Of a DNA stretch of 64,000 nucleotides, positions 15,994-30,247 are shown piece by piece (position 1 is the first letter of the stretch; every line of letters starts with the position of its first letter). A program made the translations under genes and the position numbers. The notes beneath the pieces were generated by a model. That model saw only the letters and a program-made list of their open reading frames with translations. It searched no databases and was not told the origin of the DNA. This DNA comes from Naegleria gruberi. Its lineage: Eukaryota. The DNA lies in NCBI GenBank assembly GCA_000004985.1, contig GG738860.1. One strand, given 5' to 3'.

Positions 15994-16121
15994 TTTTTTT
16001 GTAAATTTATCTGATAAAATTGGCGGGCGCTTGAACTGCAACTAACACTTGGGGTAGGTGGACCTAAAGAAATTACGCTGAAGGTGAAAATCTGTTATTT
16101 ATTAATTCTCTCATCAAAAAA

Positions 16122-17705
16122 ATGGACGATCAACCACTTGAAGAAGACCGTCTATCACAAACTAATGAACAAAAGGATAACAATTCTGCTGTTTCAAATG
16201 CAGAACAAGATAAGGGATCATTGTATGAGAGAGGAAAACAGTTTTTAACAATTAAGGAATCAAAGCTTAGCAAAGAGAGAGAAAGAAAAGTGAATCAAGG
16301 ATCATCAGAATGTACTTTCCAACCAAATATATCAAAGAAGAGTAAAAACATGACTCGGGAAGAGAGTTTGTACGAATATAACAACAAGTGGGTATGTACT
16401 ACATCGCATTTATTTTACTAAGATGTTCGTTAACAGAAATCTAAAGTTGATCATAACATTGAGGAACTAAGAGCAAAGCAATTGAAAAGAGAAGAAGAAC
16501 AAATCCATGCAAAACCATCACCATTATCTGTTGTTTCACAATTTATAATTCAAAAGAAACAGGAACAGAAGGAATATTCAGGTCCTATTACTGGTTGGGA
16601 GAAGAGATTTGATGAATATCGTCATAAGAATCAAATGTATTATGATGAAGAGTACAACTTTTCTCCAAGAATTAATGAGAAATCAACATTGTTGGCCAAC
16701 AAAAATAGATCCGATGCAGAATCAAATCCTTTTGAAAGACTTTATGGAGATTCAAAAAAGAAAAAGGATGAGGAATCCTCAAGTCCAAAAGACAAGAAAA
16801 AGTCGTCTGAATACGACGATGAAAGAAGGAGAGCTGAGGCAGAGTTTTATAAGAAGGCACTTGAAAGACATTTAGAGGCAGAAAAGAAGAAAGCAAAAAT
16901 GAAAGAAGATCAAGAAGATCAATACTCTTTTAAACCTGCTATTAACAAACATTCAAAGGATATAGCCAAACATTTGGAAAGACCACCACTTTATTCACCA
17001 AAGAAAGGTTCTTCACCATCTCAAACTATTTCCCTTGAGAATACCGTTACTACAAATACAAGTACTAATTCTAATACTACTAAGCCAGATAGTCCTTCTC
17101 CAAACAAAAAGAAGTTCGAAGTTGATAACTTTATTCAAAGAAGACTTACTAAGGAGAAACAAAGACAAGATAAGATTAATCAACTTAAACACGATATAAT
17201 AGAAGAGGAAATGAAAGAATGTACATTTAAGCCTTCGATCAATCAAAAGTCTGTGGAGCTTGCACACTTGTGGATTGAATCATTTGATAATGATTTGGAA
17301 GAATTATATGAATTTGACCCAAGATACAATCAATCTTCTCCTAAACCATTCTTGAAAAAGAATTCATCACCTGGTTTGTCATCTTCCAAGAAGGAAAAAA
17401 CAAAAGGAAGTCCAATTAGACAGAGCTTGAAATCAAGTTCTTCCAATATTATTGAGTCAATCATAGATGATGCTATGAAGAGTATTGAAATGGAAAGATC
17501 CCTGAAATCAACACCAAAGAGCTCAGTCGAGATGTCAAAAGAACCTACACTAAAAGAAATTGTAACACCAAGAATCTCAGAATCAAACAGAAAGAGATAC
17601 TCTCTATCTGATGATGAAGATGATGACTTTGTATCAATAGAAAATGAAATGAAATCGGCCATCCAAGAATTTGAAGAAGAATGGAGTAAATATGAAGGCT
17701 TGTAA
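16122..17705 (+). CDS. Coiled-coil, K/E-rich protein with repeated E-C-T-F-[QK]-P-x-I-[SN] motifs. Exons are 16122-16391 and about 16437-17705.
   Basis: Motifs ECTFQPNISKKSK, YSFKPAINKHSK and ECTFKPSINQKS. The intron is GTATGT...TTAACAG after ...YEYNNKW. The gene is paralogous to the one at 43721-46591. Confidence 0.55.
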
Positions 17706-17706
17706 A

Positions 17707-19966
17707 CTAACACATAAATGCTTTAATTTCTTTTGAAACTGTCGAAATTGCACTTTCTAAATCCGTTATCTTGGAAGACAAGTCAACCCAATGTAAATCA
17801 ACTCTTCCTTCGCTGTAACCAATTGCTACTCTGTCATTCTTATTCAGAGCTTTCATTAAATCTGGTTGGTGATGAACTAGCACACTTTGCACTTTCTCCT
17901 TTTGAGAAAGACAAATTAATCCTAATTTGCAGCTCACTCTATTAATCTTATCTTTGGATTGTGATTTTAAGGTCACCTTTTCACAGAATATTAACTTATC
18001 GTTTTGAATGAGATCGAATACCATTAGATCATCATCACTGGTTAAAACAAAGAATACAGATGGATGAACAGCACTCCACTTAATATCTACAATACTTGAG
18101 TTGGTGTAATGTTTAAAGTTAATGATTGGATCTTCGTATCCTTTCAGAAACAGAGCAAACATTCCATTTTCGTAACCAGCAAGAAAATATTGAGGTAAGA
18201 AAAATGAAAATTCCACACACGTAACTCTTGATGTAATATGATGAATATTGGACGAGTACCCATCCTTTCTTTTTACAATGTTGTATGGTTTTATATTGTC
18301 AATGAATCTTCCTCTTCTCAGTATATGTCCAAAATCTGTTCCAACCAATATCCTAAAAGATTAAGTTTCATTGTGTTCGAAATACTTACTGTGAAGAGTC
18401 GTCTGGATCAACCTCGAAACAAACAGCAGCTTCAATTGAGGGAATAAATTGTTCATGGTTGGTATTATCATTTGCGTTTGTAAATCCTTTAAGGATAGAG
18501 GCAGCTAAACTTGTTTCATTCTCCACCTTTTTCAAGTTTAGCTCTAATGTTGGCTCTCCGAATACGTTCATTCTTCCACTGTTTACAATTTTTACCTTTC
18601 CACCAATATTCAACCCAATCTCTGTATCAGAGACTCCACTATCAGGTCTTAGATTCCATCTTAATGTTGTTTTACTTACTGTTGAGAGAGGAATATCACA
18701 AGCCAATAAATTACATTACCAGCTTCATCCAGAGAAATAAAATAATCTCCCATACTTCTTATTTCGTTTGAATATATTGAGAGTTGAGAACTGATAGTTT
18801 TCACTTGGACTACAGAGCACAAGTGAGTTTCACTGAAGAGATTAGCTGTTGAAAAGGATGGAGTGAGGAATGACAATGGAGATTCTTCAATTATTCTTGT
18901 CTTTGGATTTTGATTTGAATCCCAAACAACTACAGATCCATCATTTGCACCAGCAATAATAATATTTGGTCTATCTGGAAGGCAACAAACGCTTGTCAAT
19001 TCACAACCATAAATTAAACAGCTTAAATAGGTGAAATTAAAATCGAATGATCTATCAAGTTAATACTTACAGGACTGGTGATTTTTCATTTAGAGTATCC
19101 CAGATACAAACCAATCCAGTTTCAATTTCTACATTTGAATAATTAGGTCCGTAACATACTATCATTTGGTTATCTTTTGAGAAAATAATTTCCTTAACCT
19201 CTCTTCCATTTGTCAGAGGATGGCCGAAAACAGAATAGCTACTACTAAACTTAAACATAGATTCTCTATTCTTTGTATCTGATTCTGTATTACTACTGGT
19301 GTTAGATTCTAGAATCCTGTCACAGACTGGATAGACAGCTTTCAAAAATCTTGACAATGACAGAGAATTAAATTTGAACTTGTCCATACTATTCTTTGGT
19401 GTACTCTTACTTGATATACCTAAATCTTCTGGTGCTTGGATCGCTTTTACTGACTGTGTTGGTGGTATTGTGTTACATCCCATTTCCTTCTTTTCATCCA
19501 ACGGAGGACATTGAACAGAAGTCTGCATAGATGTTCCTTTTCCAAATGATCTTTGATACATTTCAAAATCAGATAGTGGAGGTAAATCCATCACTTCAAA
19601 TGAAACATTATCCAATGTAATTAATTCCAATAGCTTTTGAGCTCTGTCCAACTTTTTTTGATTTTTTTCAAGTCTCTCCTTTTCTTCCTTTGAGAGAGTA
19701 GGTTTAATTTTGATAGCCTTTGTTGTGATTTCCTCTTGTCTAATTATCTTGATGAATTTCAATCCAAGTTTAAATCCTTACCTGGTGCTCGGAGTTGTAT
19801 TTACAATTTTATCATTTTGTATTTCAACCCTAGATTGAAATGTCTGAGGCACTATTGTTTTTGCAGGTGCACTATTGAACACTGGTTTTTGAGGTACTTC
19901 TTCCTCAAAGTCATCCTCGAAATCATCCTCGAAATCATCATCAAAATCGTCATCAAAGTCAGACAT
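17707..19966 (-). CDS. WD40-repeat protein with an acidic DDDF N-terminus and a coiled coil. Multi-exon; it may be a dynein-2 intermediate-chain-like protein. Exon pieces lie at 19966-19778, 19762-19067, about 18999-18676, about 18706-18386 and 18348-17707.
   Basis: MSDFDDDFDDDFEDDFEDDFEEE..., a KEEKERLEKNQKKLDRAQKLLE coiled coil, then WD signatures such as LVCIWD and GSVVVWD. Introns were not fully resolved. Confidence 0.45.
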
Positions 19967-20079
19967 TTTTTTTGCTTATTTTTCCCTCCAAAATTGTAGT
20001 TTGCAGTTGAATAGGTTTTTAAACAACCGCAGCTCTTACATATAATTTTTATTACAAAACATTTTACACCTTTCCCTCT

Positions 20080-22409
20080 CTAATAATCATTTACTTTTTG
20101 AATTAAATTATTGGAATTCTTAACAAGATTTTTAAGATTCTCCATTTGATAGGCAGGCGCCTTTCCTAAATATTGTTGCTCAAGTTTGGATTGAACGGCC
20201 TTCTTGAGTGTTGAAAAGAATAATGGCTCATCAGCTAAAAAGTCATCCTTAGTTGCTCGCAGAGGATATTTAGAATCTGCTGTTGGTAGAACATCATCTG
20301 TTAATTCGCTATCTGAAGAATTACCTCCATTTTCATCATTTTCTGCCTTCTTCTTCAAATGTAAATATGTCTTGTTGGTAAGATTTTCAAATTTAGCTTC
20401 CTTCTCTTTACTTTTAGTGGCAGCTTCTTGTTCACCACCAGCCTCGGCAATTTTCATTAATACATTCGAATAAGATTCTTGGACAATACTCAAGAAAATG
20501 TTAACAATTGCACAAACTGTAAAATTGTTATCATATAAATTTTAAATTTCTGATAAACTTACTGAAAAGCAATAACTATTTATGTTATTAGCAATATTAT
20601 TCAATTAAATAAACTTACAAATATGACAGTATAAGCTCTTCCCAATATTTTGTAGAAAGTTCCATAAGCATACAATTTCTCGAATACAATTCTAAGGTTG
20701 TCACCTTGAAGGGCACTATATAATGTGACCATAGTGTTATCAATGTTTTTGAAATCTTACCAGTGTTAAATATTTGTTAAGTTTCAAACTTACAAGAAGA
20801 GTAAAATCCGAACCACATAACACCTGTGCAAACAAATGCCGCAAATATTGGAGCTATACTGAACAAATACTTCATAATTATTGGAATAGCTCTTGTAAAT
20901 GCTCTAATGACTAATATAATGTCAATCATTTGTTAATGTCGCTAATAACTTACCCAAGTAGAATTTTGCTTGATAATTAAAGTATTTTGTTAAATTTACA
21001 AGAGAAAGGAATGATCCAATGCCAAGAAATGTTTGAGAAGCTAATTCTGTACTCTCACCTGATTTGACAATCATTGTAATATATCCAATAATTAACATGA
21101 CATCTTTAAGGAAAGCAACATAAATCCAAATTCCTAGATAATCAGTAAATAGGTCATAAAATCTCATCAATTTGTTTGTTTTTTTTCTTTTCTGTAATGT
21201 GTTTAGAATTGTTACCAATATCTTGGGTACTTACAAAGAATACAGTTAATCTAGTAATTAATGATTTGTTGTAAAATATAAAAGAAATAAACGCAAAAAT
21301 ACACATCAAAATACCAATCCAACCTCTTGGTCTTTGGAAAATAGATGAATAATAAGCATCTTCATTTGCCACACAATTATCTTTTTGGAAAATTATTATT
21401 ATCATATCAGAAATTATCTACACAACTTACCATACTTGTAAGATAATCTCATTGGAACTCTGCCACCTCCATCAAAAACGAACTTAAAGAGAACAGTCCA
21501 TTTGTAGCAATTAGGAAATCCCTGAACTTTGGTATCAATACTTATCAGTTTGAAAAAGAGTTCCAAGTTTGTGATTCTGTCAACAAGATATTTAAGATCG
21601 TCTCCTGTCACGTTAAATAGAGAGCCAAGGGGTTCTGAATCTGTTAAATTCTCATTGATTTCGATGGTTTCATCAGAAAATAATGAGTGAACGTCTCTTC
21701 TTGCAATAAATCTCCAATCAATCATTGATGGATCGCTATCTCCATTAGTTTCATTTGCAATTAGTCGTCTAATATTTTCCTTATATAAGGTAGCTCTCAA
21801 TTTTACAAGATTTTGACTAGTAGGAACAAAAACACTAACAGAATTTTCCTGTATCGAATAGTATTTTGCTACAAGACTCTGAATATTCTTCTGCAGATCG
21901 TCCACATTATAAATGTAATAAGTGAAGAAACCTAACAAGAAATGTTAGAAATACTGAAATTCTCTCTACTCACCATCATCGTTATCCTTAATATTTTGAA
22001 ATCCACTATGAAATAATTAACTTGAAAATATGAATTATTCAACCTACTTTGGAAGGAAATAATTCGAAAAAGTATTACTCATATCTGATTTATATCCTTT
22101 AAATTCGGATGCATAAAAGATAATAAAAAGAATTACTAATGCAGCCTGGATAATATCTGTTACTAATTTTGTTGGAAATACTCTATACTTTAAAAACTTT
22201 TGTACAAGTGACAATTGAATCGCTTCTTCTTCATCATCGATTTTTTGTGGTAAAACTCTTTCTTTAAGAAAAGTATAGGAACGAGCCAACAGAGTTGGTG
22301 TTTGCAATTGCACTTGAGAGTTTGATGGCAAATTCAATTGATTAAAATCGTCATCGTCTCCCAACTGCACCGTGCTATTGGCAAGAAGAGATTGTCTCAA
22401 TCTTTGCAT
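20080..22409 (-). CDS. Polycystin/mucolipin-family (TRPML/PKD2-like) cation channel. Multi-exon.
   Basis: Large first luminal loop (QGFPNCYKWTVLFKFVFDGGG). The pore/S6 region ALQGDNLRIVFEKLYAYGTFYKILGRAYTVIFVIVNIFLSIVQESYSNV matches the GDDMF...FSRIYLY...LLNMFLAII pattern of PKD channels. Start ATG is at 22409. Confidence 0.55.
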
Positions 22410-22960
22410 CCCGAATTATGAATTATGTGATGGAAAGAAAAAATCGGAGAACAAGAGAAAATTGTGAGAACACTAAAGTGAATGAGTTTTTTTCAATTTT
22501 TGTCGGCAAGAAATGTACCTCCGAATCACCCAATAATGCAACAGAAATATTATAATGTTGCAGCGCCCTATTCCTTTGGCATTTCAACAGTAAAGGAATT
22601 GTAATCTAAAAAACCAGCGCCTCACTTTGATAGATATATATTGCTTTCATATTTATTGCATTAGTTCAATATTAAGTATTATTGTGAGAACACTTGATGT
22701 ACAGAAAGCTAATAGATTTGATAGATTTCCTAAATAATTCAATGGTGGATTTTGAAGCTAACACATTGGTTACTCCTTGTTCCAAAAGAAAATATCAAAA
22801 CAGCCAAAGTCAAATTAGAGCCGTTCTTTGTTTTGACATTAACGAGTTGTTTTGTCCATGTATCTGTTTTCATTCAAGCAGTCTGAATTACTTTAACACC
22901 TTTTGGAAGATCTTCGTTTCGGAGCATGGGAGAGGAAGATAAGACACTTTTTTATTGTAA

Positions 22961-23883
<923 letters not shown>

Positions 23884-24138
23884 TCTAGTTGTGACCAAAA
23901 AATCATTTTTGAAGATTTACTAAACTCTCTGTACATAAATATTTAAAATTCTTTCTCAAGTTTAAAAGGATTCTTTTAATGCCATTATTCCAAAAATGCT
24001 TAATTGGTCGTTTACTTCTCACAAACTACATGTATCTTATTAAATAGTTAAAAACAACGATACGCTTATGATATTAATAATAATGACGAACAAACAATAG
24101 AATCCATTTGATTGAATTTGAATCTTAAAAAAAACAAA

Positions 24139-25952
24139 ATGCAATCGTCCTCTAACATACCTGTATTTGATGTTTTTAATCCAATAATACCTTCGAGTAT
24201 TAACATCTCCGAATTACCTTTCCACTCACAAGTACAATGGTCTCATAATTTAATTTACTCTTCCTCTCTGAATCAATCACTAAATTCATCAACTCCGTAC
24301 ACAAATTCTACATTAAATTCCAATGTTACTCTCATGCTCTTTTTAACATCCTTCTCGGCCACTGTTGAAGTTGTGATTGCATGTTCTATCGGTGCCATCA
24401 TGGTTTTTACAGGGATTTTAACACCCGATAGAGTACAATTTCTTAGTCAACTTATATTCAATGTTTTTAGTCCTACTTTTAATATGCATGCCTTATCTAG
24501 AGCTATTAGTGTTGATTCTATTTATTCATTGTGGATGCTTCCTATCATTAACCTTATTAACACTATCATTGGTAATCTTATTGGAAGAATTGTCTTTTTC
24601 AAAAGGTTTTGGAGAGGAACTTTATCAGAAGAACAACAATCAGTTCAATTTGTCACTCAAACTTTTAGTAATGGTGTTACAATTCCATTGGTATGTTTGA
24701 AATTTTGAAAATCTTTTATTTATCATTCATTAAGGTTTTTATGAGTGCAATTTGTAAAATCACAGCTGGAACTTTATTTAATATTGATGAGGATGAAGCA
24801 GTGCAATCTGCTATGGCTTTTATTAATGTTTACACATTGCCAAGTATCTTTTTGTTTTGGTCGTATGTTTATAATATTGTTTATTTATTGACATTTTCAA
24901 AAACTATTTAAGGTATGGTGTTGTGGCATTGACACCCCCAAAAGAAGAGGATGAAAAACCCAAGATTCAATCCAAAGTTTCAACACCTGAAGGAGAAGAG
25001 GAACAACATTTGGCATCTCTTGAAGAACATGAAGATCATTCAACAGAGCTCAAGGAGGATTTGAATGATAATTTACAAAGTGTAGATATTGAAGCTCCAA
25101 AGGAAAGTGATGATCATCTTTCGAGTGCAATTGAGGAAAGTCCTAGACCAACAACTTTCAAGGAAAAGCTTTTAAAAATCTGGAATGGAGATAGAGCAAA
25201 GAGATTCAAATTTATTTTGAAACAAACAATTAATGGACCAGTGATAGCTTTAACATTGGGAACAATTATTGGATTGATTCCACCTGTAAAACAATTTCTC
25301 ATTACAGATCCACCTCTGGTAGTTAGTGCATTTGTGCATACACTTTCATTATTTGCAAGGTAAGTTTCACAAGTAGTTAGTTGGCTTTGATAGATTAATG
25401 TAAATAGTGGAATTTTCCCTATTAGTATGATTATTCTTGGAGCTAATGTTGCAATGACATTACAAGTTTCCATCAAAGCTAGTGCTCAATCTGAGCAAGG
25501 ACTTAGTAGAACAGAGAAATTAAAAAAATTCCTCAATCCACTCTACACATTGAAATGGATCAGAAGAACTTTTATCAATTTCAATAATCCACTAGCATTA
25601 TTCATTTCAGTATTTATCAAATTGGGTATTATGCCATTGTTGGGAGTTGGAATCATTTACTTGGGAACTAATGTACTTCAAGTCATTCCACCAAATCCTG
25701 TATTGATTTTAACAATTCTTGTAGAATGGTCGTAAGTTTTTTTTTAATAGAGTAATGTTTAAATTTTACAAAATTTTCAGTGTACCAATGGCTATGGCTT
25801 CAACAACATTGAGTTCTATCAATAAGGACTTTGGACAAAGACAAATTTGTGAATTGTTATTGTTCAATTATATTTTGGCTCCATTTACATTATCTCTCTA
25901 TTGTTGGTGGTTCCTTAACTTGTGTTGCCAATTTACACAATGTATTCAATAA
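24139..25952 (+). CDS. Auxin-efflux-carrier (AEC/Mem_trans, PF03547-like) membrane transporter. Exons are 24139-24690, 24735-24862, 24913-25359, 25426-25731 and 25781-25952.
   Basis: Five N-terminal TM segments, a long acidic central loop, and C-terminal TMs with LITDPPLVVSAFVHTLSLFA...MIILGANVA. Intron 2 is a 50-nt GTATGT...TTTAAG that rescues the frame across the TAA in exon 2. Confidence 0.55.
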
Positions 25953-26112
25953 GCAGTATTACTCTAATTCCATATTAGTTAAAATTAAGTTAATAACACA
26001 AGAAAATTCCATATTTAATGATATTCTCTTTGAAAAATTATCTTTTCATCATGATGATTGTAAATTTATTGTTTAAATTGTGTACTGGTTTGTAAATGTC
26101 ATTTCGGAAGGA

Positions 26113-27698
26113 TCAACACTGATTGTTTGGTCTTGTTTCTTCAAAGAATTTCTCTCCAAAAACTTGGGTGAGACTTGGGAGCTTATTTTGCAATTGTATT
26201 TGTCCGTGTGATTTGGATTTTACAAACATAGGTCTCGAAATTGATGAATAAGGTGTTGGTGGTTGCTGTTGTGGAACTGGCATATGCATCTCTTGTTGTT
26301 GAGGAGAACTTGATAAACTTGAACTAACTAAGGATTGTACTGTTGACACACTTAGAACTTGCTCCTTCTTCTTTTGTATACCCTTAGCTGTTTGCTGAGC
26401 AACAGCGGTAAGTGATGAAGCCTTTTTTAGGGGTGGCCTAGAAAAAGAACTAGTTGTTCTTCTTAACATTCCACTACCTGAATTGTTGGAATCATTATCC
26501 AAATCAATAGCTGACATGTTTGCGACCAAATCACTCAAACTACTACTGCTGCTGCACGTGCTTAATGTACCAGTTTGGAAGTGATTACTCTCCGTATTCG
26601 TACAATTTGAAAATGTTATGGAGCTGTTGCTGTTTGCTTTAAGTAATTGAGGTCTTCTTAAGGAGGATAATGCTGGTTGAGGAGAAGATTGAAAACTTGT
26701 ATGTTGTTGTGTTGGTTGTTGTTGAATAGGTTGAGGAGTTGAGGAATAAACATCTCCCATACATACATCGGCTGATTCGCTCAATACTTGCTGGTTTGTT
26801 TGAGGAAGTTGAATCTGAGTGTTAATGTGAGACGATGAGCTCATGTTGTTAAAACCAGAGTTGTTCGGGTTGATGTTCATCGTATTTGTGTTGTTAAGAG
26901 GATTCATTTGGTTTGGTTGGTTCATAGAGGATTGCATTCCCCATGAGAATGAATTGCCTGTTGGATGATTATGGTGCTGTGGGTGGTGTTGAGAATTGAT
27001 CATTGAGGTATCCATGTTTGAATAATTATTGCTGATATTGTTGCTAGAAACATTCATAGAGAAGGATGGTTGTGTAGCAACTGAATGATTTTGAGTATAA
27101 TTATTAAGTGAAATATGATGATTCATGTTGTTTGTCCAAGTACTTTGATGAGTATTATTACTATTATGGGAGGATCCCATCATTAATTGGGATGATTGGT
27201 TAGTGAATAAATTATTGTTGGTTGGTATTACATTGTTATTTGTTTGATACATGTTTGCATAATTTGTTTGTCCAATGGTGTTATTATTATTGTTAGGACC
27301 ATTGAAGTTTGTGGAATTATTTGGAATATTGGAAGAGGATTGTTGTTGAGGAGTTCCAAAGTCACTATCATTAAAGTTATTGAAAACAAACTCCTTATTG
27401 TCTCTGATAAATTCTGAAACCTTTTCCTTATATTCATCTTCATTCATTTCAACATTACTGTCATTGGCTCCTTTTTGTATTATTGACTTGATTCTTCTAT
27501 AAGGCCATCTATTGATTCCGTATTGACGACAGAACTTCTTTAGGAGAGTTTGGCATATTCCTTCATTAAGGTTAAATAAGATTATGATGAAAGGAATGTT
27601 TAATAATTACCCATGTCGTCTGCAGCTCTTTGTAGAGGAAGATGAAATCGCTCTGATATCTCTTCGTAAGTTGGTTTCTTCTTTGGTGTTGGTGGCAT
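26113..27698 (-). CDS. RWP-RK domain transcription factor with a long N/Q-rich low-complexity C-terminus. Exons are 27698-27611 and 27560-26113.
   Basis: The spliced N-terminus is MPPTPKKKPTYEEISERFHLPLQRAADDMGICQTLLKKFCRQYGINRWPYRRIKSI, which is the RWP-RK signature. The intron is a 50-nt GTAATT...GAAG. Confidence 0.7.
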
Positions 27699-27797
27699 GC
27701 TTTTTTTTTCTAGTTGGTTAAGGTTTTGAACAGAGTTTTAGACTTTTGATACGGTAAAGATCTTTATTGTATATTATCAAATGTGATATATAAGATA

Positions 27798-29625
27798 TTA
27801 ATCCGATTTCAGCTTTTTGGTCTCGCTTGGTTCAGCATCTTCTAATTTTCTCTTCTTATCAGAGGATTCAGCAAGTGCTGATGTATCAACATTTGGTAAA
27901 ATAACTCCTTCTTCGTTTCCATCTACATTAGTGGTAAGTCTCCTCTTATTTTTAAGGAGAATGGTATGCATTTCTGCATCGTGATGTTCTTCGTGTGAAC
28001 AATTTTCCCCGTGTACATGGACGTGTGGGTCTTCTTCTTCATCTAACTCGATAGGATCTTCAAAATTCTTCCAACTCTCTTCCAAAGCCATTTCTTCATC
28101 TGTTAATAAACAAGAGTCCAACTTGGCCGAGATTTCCTTCTCAGAAATATCCATACCAATGAAAACTAGTTCTTGTCTTCTATCTCCCCACTTTTCATCC
28201 CAAACTTTTGCTAAACTATTATCATCTTTTGGCCAATCTTCCTTCGGTATACTAGCCCAGAATCTACCACCAGTTTCAATTCTTAGTGTGTCACCAGCTT
28301 GTGACCAAAGTCCATATATATCCATCTTAGTACAAAGCCAGAAGAATCCTTTACTTCTCAAAACACCATCAAGAGCTTCTTCATCTATTATTTGTTAATT
28401 TCGAATTTTGAAAGAATGATTATTACTTACTATGAATGAATTGATCTGAAAGACGTTTTGGATGGAAAGGTCTTCTTCTTCTATATGCAAAACTTGTAAT
28501 ACCGTATTGTACACTCTCTGGGACGTGATTACCTTGAAGTTCTTGCAACCATCCAGCAGATTGTTGAGCTTCATTGAAGTCGAATATGTTTGTATAGAAA
28601 ATGCAATCAAGAGGAACTTTTCCGAATTTTGTTTTGATAAGTTTTGCTTTAGGATTCAAGTGACGAATAGTTTGTTCCAACAATCCTAATTCATCGGATG
28701 TAACAAGATCTATTTTGTTCAAAATGATAACATTAGCAAATTCAATTTGATCCACCAACAAATCTACAACTTGTCTGTCATCATCCTCGTCATTTTGTAA
28801 GTTTTTATCTTTCAATGTCTTTCCACTTGTATAATCTAACAACCAGTTATAAGAATCAACAACAGTTACCATTGTATCCAAACGAGCAAGGTTTTTGAGG
28901 GTAACATTTTTCACTGGAGCGACTGATTCTGTTGTTGTTCCATTATTTTCCTCTTTTGATTTATGTGCTTGGTTCAGGAAGTCATCAACAGAAAACGTAA
29001 AAGTTTCAGCAACTGGGAGAGGTTCACTGATTCCACTATTCCGAAATATATCATCAACAAATTGTTATTAGACACTTACCTTGATTCAATTAATAGGTAA
29101 TCAAATTTCTTGTCGTTAGCCAATTTGGCAATTTCTTGTAACTAAAAATTTTAGTTTTTGAAACAATTATTGTCGTACTTACTAAATCATCTCTCAAGGT
29201 GCAACAAATACAACCATTAGCCATTTCTATTAATTTTTGTTCCTTTTTCTCATTCTTTTTGTTGTGATTTGTTAATCATCAACTTGTCGTTACAAAAAAC
29301 CTACCTTCAAGTGATTGATATGAACGAGCTTTGCATCAATGTTAATTTCACTCATGTCATTGACAATAACGGCTACTTTATATCCTTCTTGATTATTTAA
29401 AACATATTTCAACAATGTTGTTTTACCTGCTCCCAAAAATCCGGAAAGAACTGTAACAGGTAGTCTTTGATCATCACTAGCCACACCTTTTCTAGTAGGA
29501 AAAAGGCTTCCAACTATACTATTAATATTTGTTGAAGTACTTGATGATATTTGGCTATCCGCTGCGCCAGTGTTTGCATCAGCTGAACAAACGGTTGCCG
29601 ACGCATCAACAGTGGAGTTGCTCAT
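27798..29625 (-). CDS. COG0523 (CobW/ZNG1/CBWD-type) zinc-associated GTPase with five exons: 29625-29305, 29242-29183, 29141-29080, 29035-28431 and 28383-27798.
   Basis: P-loop [16 protein letters not shown]. Also [31 protein letters not shown], the CobW_C motif LRSKGFFWL, and a His-rich tail [15 protein letters not shown]. All introns are GTAGGT/GTAAGT...AG. Confidence 0.8.
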
Positions 29626-30247
29626 TTTTTTTAATGTTTAAAAAAGGTAAAAAACAAAAACTGCGTTTCAATAGCTCCAAAATTCAATCCAGCACAACCT
29701 AGGTATTGTGTGAATCTGTAATCTCCTCTCAATCTTCTATTTAACATTAAGGGTGAACTATTTCTGTTCAGCACGTTTTCTGGTTAACCACATGTTAAGA
29801 AATATTTAGAGGAAAGTTGTGCGGATGTTTTGAAATGATCTCAATTTATGTTATCTCCTCTAACCTTTTCACTTGTGGTGTTATAGATCAAACAGGTTCA
29901 TAATTGTTCTTTGAAGCAGAAGTATCGAAAGAGTTTCATTGGATTTAATGTTGTTGGTTCATCACGCATAAATCAAATCGTCAGACGACACCTCTTTGCT
30001 TCTTTTATCCAAGAGCTTTATCCATTCCTAATATGAAACATTGATAACAAACCACAAGCGGGACCTAAATTTTCTTACTCATTCTCAATCTATGTTGGAA
30101 TGTACAATTGTTGTAAGTGGTTCAAAGAGTTCCTTAACAACAACCTATTTAAAACACATTTTGCCACTATTTTTACAGCAAAGAAAGTTCATTTCAGATT
30201 TTATTTTTAATATTTTTATTTTAAAATTAAAAAATTAGCAAAACACC

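Noticed and set aside
29243-29304. Alternative exon 1/2 junction of the COG0523 gene using a GTTTTT donor and the AATTAATAG acceptor (...HLKVGEMANGC)
   Set aside because: The canonical GTAGGT donor with the GAAAAAG acceptor gives ...[17 protein letters not shown] with consensus splice sites and an equally good protein. I kept that model, but the alternative cannot be excluded without RNA data.
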